Part shown: positions 58,902-64,000 of the stretch, one piece after another
How positions within the stretch are numbered: the first letter of the stretch is position 1
Layout of the letters: every line of letters begins with the position of its first letter
Origin: Gemmatimonadota bacterium
GTDB lineage: Bacteria > Gemmatimonadota > Gemmatimonadetes > Longimicrobiales > Gaopeijiaceae
Assembly (NCBI GenBank): GCA_039589315.1
Contig: JBDHHQ010000036.1
Coordinates: 19,489-83,488 of the forward strand
Length of the DNA stretch: 64,000 nt
Direction: 5' to 3'
Made by a program: the position numbers and the translations under genes
Notes under the pieces: model-generated
What the model was told of the DNA's origin: nothing
The model's input: the letters and a program-made list of their open reading frames with translations, nothing else
Databases searched by the model: none

Positions 58902-59105
58902 TCCAGGGAACCGGTCCGGCGGGGCCACGCCATTGGCATGGCGCTCCTTCGGGACGGGCCGTCGAAGCGGCTTCGCTGGTCTCGTGAGACCCAAGCCGTA
59001 CGATCCGCCCACTGGCCGAGTGGCCCTCGACGCGACTCGGAATTCGCTCCGATAGGGTGGAAGCTGACTGAATCGGTATGAGGGCCGGAGGCCTCAGGGA
59101 GCCGT

Positions 59106-61394
59106 GTGATCTCCCGCGTGCCGCCGGTGGTTTGGCTGGCGCTGACCTACGCGGCCGGCGCCGTTGCGGCCCAGGCCGCGCCCCGGGCGATCCAGTTGCC
59201 CGCCTTTCTTCTCCCCGCGCTTCTCCTGCCCATTCATGCATGGCGGCGCCCACGGCTCCCGCTGGCGATCCTCTGCGCCGTCCTGGCCGGGGGGGCCGCG
59301 GGCAGCTTCGTCCGGCGGGCCGCCGCCACCGATTGTCTGCGAGCGGTTCGGGACAGCCAGTCCGTCACGATACGGGGCTACTTCACCGCCCGCCCCGGGC
59401 CGGGTCGCCGCTCCGCCCCCTTCGCCCTCACCGGGCTCGAGGTGAGCTGCACGAGCGTCGTTCGCGTGGTCCTGCCGCGGGGGGGCCCGTCGGTCGAGCC
59501 GGGACGGTCGGTGGATGCCTCGGGTCGCTGGGGCCTGACCGATGAGGGACGGGGCGCCGCCCGGATCTTCCTCTTCGCGGACCGGATCACGCCTACCGAT
59601 CGATCGGTGGGTCTCTCCGGACGGGTCGCGAGACTGCGGGACGCCGTCGAGGGACGGCTCCAGCGACTCTATCCGCGCACCTGGGGCGTGGTCCACGCGC
59701 TGATCCTGGCCCGCAAGGATGGCCTCGACCCGGACGTCCGGGAGGCCTTCGCCGTCGCCGGGCTGGCCCACCTCCTGGCCATCTCCGGGTTCCACGTGGG
59801 TGTGGTGGCCGGCATGCTGTTCGGCGTGCTCCGGGCGACGGGGGCCAGCGGTCGCGGGGCCGCGGTCATGGCCAGCGTGGGCGTCTGGGCGTATGTCGCC
59901 TGCATCGGGGCGCCGGACGCCGCGGCGCGGGCCGCGGCCCTGGTGAGCTTCGCGGCCTGGGCCCGCGTCCGTGGCTACCCACCGCATCGGGGAGGTGCGT
60001 TGGCCAGCGCGCTCCTGGCCATGATGGTGGCCGACCCGGGCGCCCTCGGCCGCGTGGGACTACAGCTCTCCTTCGCGGGCGCCGCCGGTCTGGCAGTGGC
60101 GGCAGGCCCTCTGGAGCGGGCGCTGGGGAGGGGCAGCGGGCGGCGGGTGCCTCATGCCGCCCGCTCGGCCGTGTCCGCGGGGGTGGCTGCGACGGTGTTC
60201 ACGCTCCCGCTGATCGTGTGGCACTTCGAGCGGCTGTCCCTCGTGGGGATTCCGGCCACGCTCGTCGCCGGACCGCTCGTGGCCCTGGCCATCCCGGGAA
60301 TCTTCGCGACCCTGGTCCTCGATACCGTGGTCCCTCCCGCCGCATCGTTTCTCGCAGGAGGCGTCGAGTGGACCCTCGAGTCGATGCTCTGGCTGGTGCA
60401 CCGCACGGCGGCGTTGCCCTTCGCGGCCGCATGGGTGCCCCGAACCTGGGTCCCGGTCGGCGGCGTGGCTGCAGCGTGCACCCTCGTCGGGCTGAAGGAA
60501 TGGGGTCCGTTGATGACCGGTCGTTCCCGCTTGGTCGTTTCGGTCAGCGGCTTGGCGGGCGCGCTCATCGTCTGGCCCGCATTGGCCGGCATGGCGGCTC
60601 GGGGCACGGTCGAAATCGTGGTCCTGGATGTTGGGCAGGGCGACGCCATCGCCATCCGGTCACCTCGGGGCCGGTGGGCGCTGATCGACGCGGGGCCCGC
60701 CACCGACGGCTTCGACGCGGGGGAGCGCGTGGTGCTTCCGTACCTGCGCCGCCGCGGCGCCGGTCGACTGGAAGCCCTGATCCTCACCCATCCGGATCTC
60801 GACCACATCGGCGGTGCCGAGGCCGTGCTTGATGGGCTGGACGTCCGAACGGTCTTCGACCCGGGGATCCCGAGCCCGGGGTCCGCGTACCTCGACGTCC
60901 TCGAAAGCGTCGACCGCGAGGACGCGCCCTGGCTTCCCCTGCGGGCCGGGCGAACGGTGGAGCTGGACGGCGTCGAGCTGCGGGTCCTCAGCCCGCCCGG
61001 AGACGGGGACCACGAGCCGGGCGCATGGAGCAGGAACGACGGCTCTGTGGTTCTCCTTCTTCGCTTCGGCGACTTCACCGCGCTGCTCACCGGTGACGCC
61101 GAGGCGGAGGCCGAGGCCAGGCTGGTGCGGACTGGAGGCACCGGGCCGGTGGACGTGCTCAAGGTGGGTCACCATGGCAGCTCGACCTCGACGACCCCGA
61201 CGTTTCTCGAGCGGGTAGCGCCGCAGGCGGCCGTGATCTCGGTGGGGCGCGGGAATCGCTACGGTCACCCCGCACCGGAGGTGATGGCCCGCCTCGAGGC
61301 CATGGGCGTCCGCATCTACCGCACCGACCGCGACGGGACCCTGACGGTCCGGGCGAGACGGGAGGGCACGTTCCAGGTCCACACTCGCCGCTGA
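59106..61394 (+). CDS. comEC: DNA uptake competence protein ComEC/Rec2
   Basis: AHLLAISGFHV, LQLSF, MBL motifs LDVGQGD, THPDLDH, LKVGHHGS, NRYGHP. Confidence 0.94.
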   Translation: MISRVPPVVWLALTYAAGAVAAQAAPRAIQLPAFLLPALLLPIHAWRRPRLPLAILCAVLAGGAAGSFVRRAAATDCLRAVRDSQSVTIRGYFTARPGPGRRSAPFALTGLEVSCTSVVRVVLPRGGPSVEPGRSVDASGRWGLTDEGRGAARIFLFADRITPTDRSVGLSGRVARLRDAVEGRLQRLYPRTWGVVHALILARKDGLDPDVREAFAVAGLAHLLAISGFHVGVVAGMLFGVLRATGASGRGAAVMASVGVWAYVACIGAPDAAARAAALVSFAAWARVRGYPPHRGGALASALLAMMVADPGALGRVGLQLSFAGAAGLAVAAGPLERALGRGSGRRVPHAARSAVSAGVAATVFTLPLIVWHFERLSLVGIPATLVAGPLVALAIPGIFATLVLDTVVPPAASFLAGGVEWTLESMLWLVHRTAALPFAAAWVPRTWVPVGGVAAACTLVGLKEWGPLMTGRSRLVVSVSGLAGALIVWPALAGMAARGTVEIVVLDVGQGDAIAIRSPRGRWALIDAGPATDGFDAGERVVLPYLRRRGAGRLEALILTHPDLDHIGGAEAVLDGLDVRTVFDPGIPSPGSAYLDVLESVDREDAPWLPLRAGRTVELDGVELRVLSPPGDGDHEPGAWSRNDGSVVLLLRFGDFTALLTGDAEAEAEARLVRTGGTGPVDVLKVGHHGSSTSTTPTFLERVAPQAAVISVGRGNRYGHPAPEVMARLEAMGVRIYRTDRDGTLTVRARREGTFQVHTRR

Positions 61395-61622
61395 AGGCCG
61401 AAGCAGCAGGCCAAGGCCTCGAACCATGGCGCCCGACCGCGCGCGATCGACCCGATTGGCGTGCCTCGGTCTTGCCCGGTCGAACTGATTCCTGTGATTC
61501 CTCGTCCCCGATTGACCCGATCTCGGGGGAGCGTGTATCCTCCGCGTGACGGATCTGCGACATTCCGGTCCCCGGTTCGCCGTCTGGCGACCAGAGCTGC
61601 GGTTCCTCCAGGAATACGAGCG

Positions 61623-62633
<1,011 letters not shown>

Positions 62634-62697
62634 GCGGTGCGCGGGCGATCCCTCAGAAATCTGACACTATCGGAGATTCCTCAGGATTCTGAGAGTG

Positions 62698-62725
62698 TTG
62701 ACGTTGCCCTAACTACATATATAAC
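62698..62725 (+). promoter_or_regulatory. sigma70-like promoter
   Basis: TTGACG-N16-TATAAC in one of the most AT-rich patches of the window. Confidence 0.55.
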
Positions 62726-63000
62726 AATCGTTTAAGTCGATCGTCATTGTGGCATCATGTTTGCAGACAAGCGGGTGATGACTTGGGTCCGCTCCCGTCG
62801 AGCGGCTTGGCATAGACGAATCGGCTTTCCGAACTAGATGAAGGGATCAGCGCAAAAGCGGTAGACCCGCCCAAGGAAAGGAGGGCGAACCGACGTAAGC
62901 GGTCGGGCCGAATGCCCGCCCCGAGTTCGCAGGACGCAAGTTTGACCACCAACTCGGTACACAGTTCGCAACGCAACCTCAGAACGAGGCAGTGAACACG

Positions 63001-64000
63001 ATGAAGCAGTTCAAGTATCTGTTTACGGCGGCCATGATGGCCTTTGCCGTAACGGCCTGTGACGAAGGCTCCGGCGGCACGGCCCCGGTGACCGGGACGA
63101 TCACGGGCGCAGTTACGGTCGAGGGCGCTGGCCAGGGCGGCGTCACGGTCACCCTCACGGGTGGAACCGCGTCGGTACCCCAGACCACTACCACGGACGG
63201 TTCGGGGAACTACAACTTCCCCAACGTTCCCGAGGGCACCTACGTGGTTTCGATCACGCCGCCCGACGGCACGACCTTCGGCACGACCGCCCAGGGTGTG
63301 ACCATCAGCCCGACGAGCACGGGCGCCACGGCCTCGTTCGCGGGTGAGTTCATCCGGACGTCGGCCATTTCGGGTTCGGTCGCAGCGGGCGGCGTGGGCC
63401 TCGAGGGTGTGGGCGTTGCGCTGACCGGCGGGGAGACCCGCTCGACCTCGACCGGCGCCAACGGCGCTTACTCGTTCGCAGGTCTGCGCGCTGGCGCGTA
63501 CACCGTGACGATCACGCCGCCGTCGGACATCGAGTTCACCGTCACCAGCCAGAACGTGCAGCTGGGGAGCGGTGACGCTCAGGTCGTCAACTTCATCGGC
63601 GAGCTGCCCCTGACGGCCAGCGTGGGCATCAAGTCCGTGACTGAGAGCGACCTGGGCACGCCCGTGGATCCCACCGACGTGACCGGCCAGATCGACATCA
63701 CGGTCAACTTGAGTGATCCGGACAACCAGGTCCGAGCGCTTCAGGTTCTGGTGGACGGCGCGCCCTGCCCCGGCTGCCGCCAGGAGTTCGCTTCGGCAGC
63801 CCCCGGTGAAGAGGCGGATTTGGCGCCGAGCGGGGACTATGTCTTCACGCTTCTCACGAACGGCTTCGATTTCGAGAACGGGGTCGTCAACTGGACCAAC
63901 CAAGAGCGCGTGATCTCCGTCGAGGCGACGACGGCTTCAGACGAGGTGGCGTCCGCGGCTGATGTCACACTTCGCTTCAACAACGACGACACCTGGTTGA
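63001..64000 (+). CDS. surface lipoprotein with tandem carboxypeptidase-regulatory-like (prealbumin-fold) domains, truncated by window end
   Basis: MKQFKYLFTAAMMAFAVTA-C lipobox. Two ~85-aa repeats (TDGSGNYNFPNVPEGTY, TGANGAYSFAGLRAGAY). The frame is open to 64000. It is absent from the ORF track because it has no stop in the window. Confidence 0.85.
   Translation, partial: MKQFKYLFTAAMMAFAVTACDEGSGGTAPVTGTITGAVTVEGAGQGGVTVTLTGGTASVPQTTTTDGSGNYNFPNVPEGTYVVSITPPDGTTFGTTAQGVTISPTSTGATASFAGEFIRTSAISGSVAAGGVGLEGVGVALTGGETRSTSTGANGAYSFAGLRAGAYTVTITPPSDIEFTVTSQNVQLGSGDAQVVNFIGELPLTASVGIKSVTESDLGTPVDPTDVTGQIDITVNLSDPDNQVRALQVLVDGAPCPGCRQEFASAAPGEEADLAPSGDYVFTLLTNGFDFENGVVNWTNQERVISVEATTASDEVASAADVTLRFNNDDTWL

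Noticed and set aside
62883..62945. Resemblance to a c-di-GMP-I riboswitch (GGCGAACC...GGACGCAAG)
   Set aside because: Spacing and the second helix do not fit the consensus as I know it. Kept only as a generic structured leader.

Overview
A high-GC (roughly 70% by eye) bacterial chromosomal segment with mostly core genes. Gene content and order suggest a diderm, probably Gemmatimonadota (inference, not a database result). Left to right it holds: (1) the 3' end of a Tad/Flp pilus locus (tadG-like tail, cpaE, cpaF, tadB, tadC), translationally coupled to a DUF192 gene and a wHTH-AAA+ ATPase and followed by a membrane-anchored 22-aa-repeat protein; (2) fdhD-mobA-mobB; (3) a long PEP synthase, an orphan PAS histidine kinase, an orphan ABC ATPase and a frameshifted GDPD; (4) an ECF sigma/zinc anti-sigma pair with three DUF4097-type exported repeat proteins; (5) a thioesterase, a probable 6S RNA and a TPR protein; (6) the dcw cluster mraZ to ftsZ (no murB or ddl), then an M23 peptidase, a vWA membrane protein, ftsY and recG; (7) a BamB-like lipoprotein pair, asnS and mazG; (8) alr, a lipoprotein, a beta-barrel, mtaB, miaB, lapA, comEC and fbp; (9) the 5' end of a surface lipoprotein with a long structured leader. 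I saw no CRISPR array, tRNA, rRNA, transposase or integrase. The best candidates for undescribed biology are the Tad accessory module, the ECF/DUF4097 triplet, the duplicated MraZ operator, the lipoprotein plus barrel pair and the S-layer-like gene with its leader. All functional ideas about these are inference.
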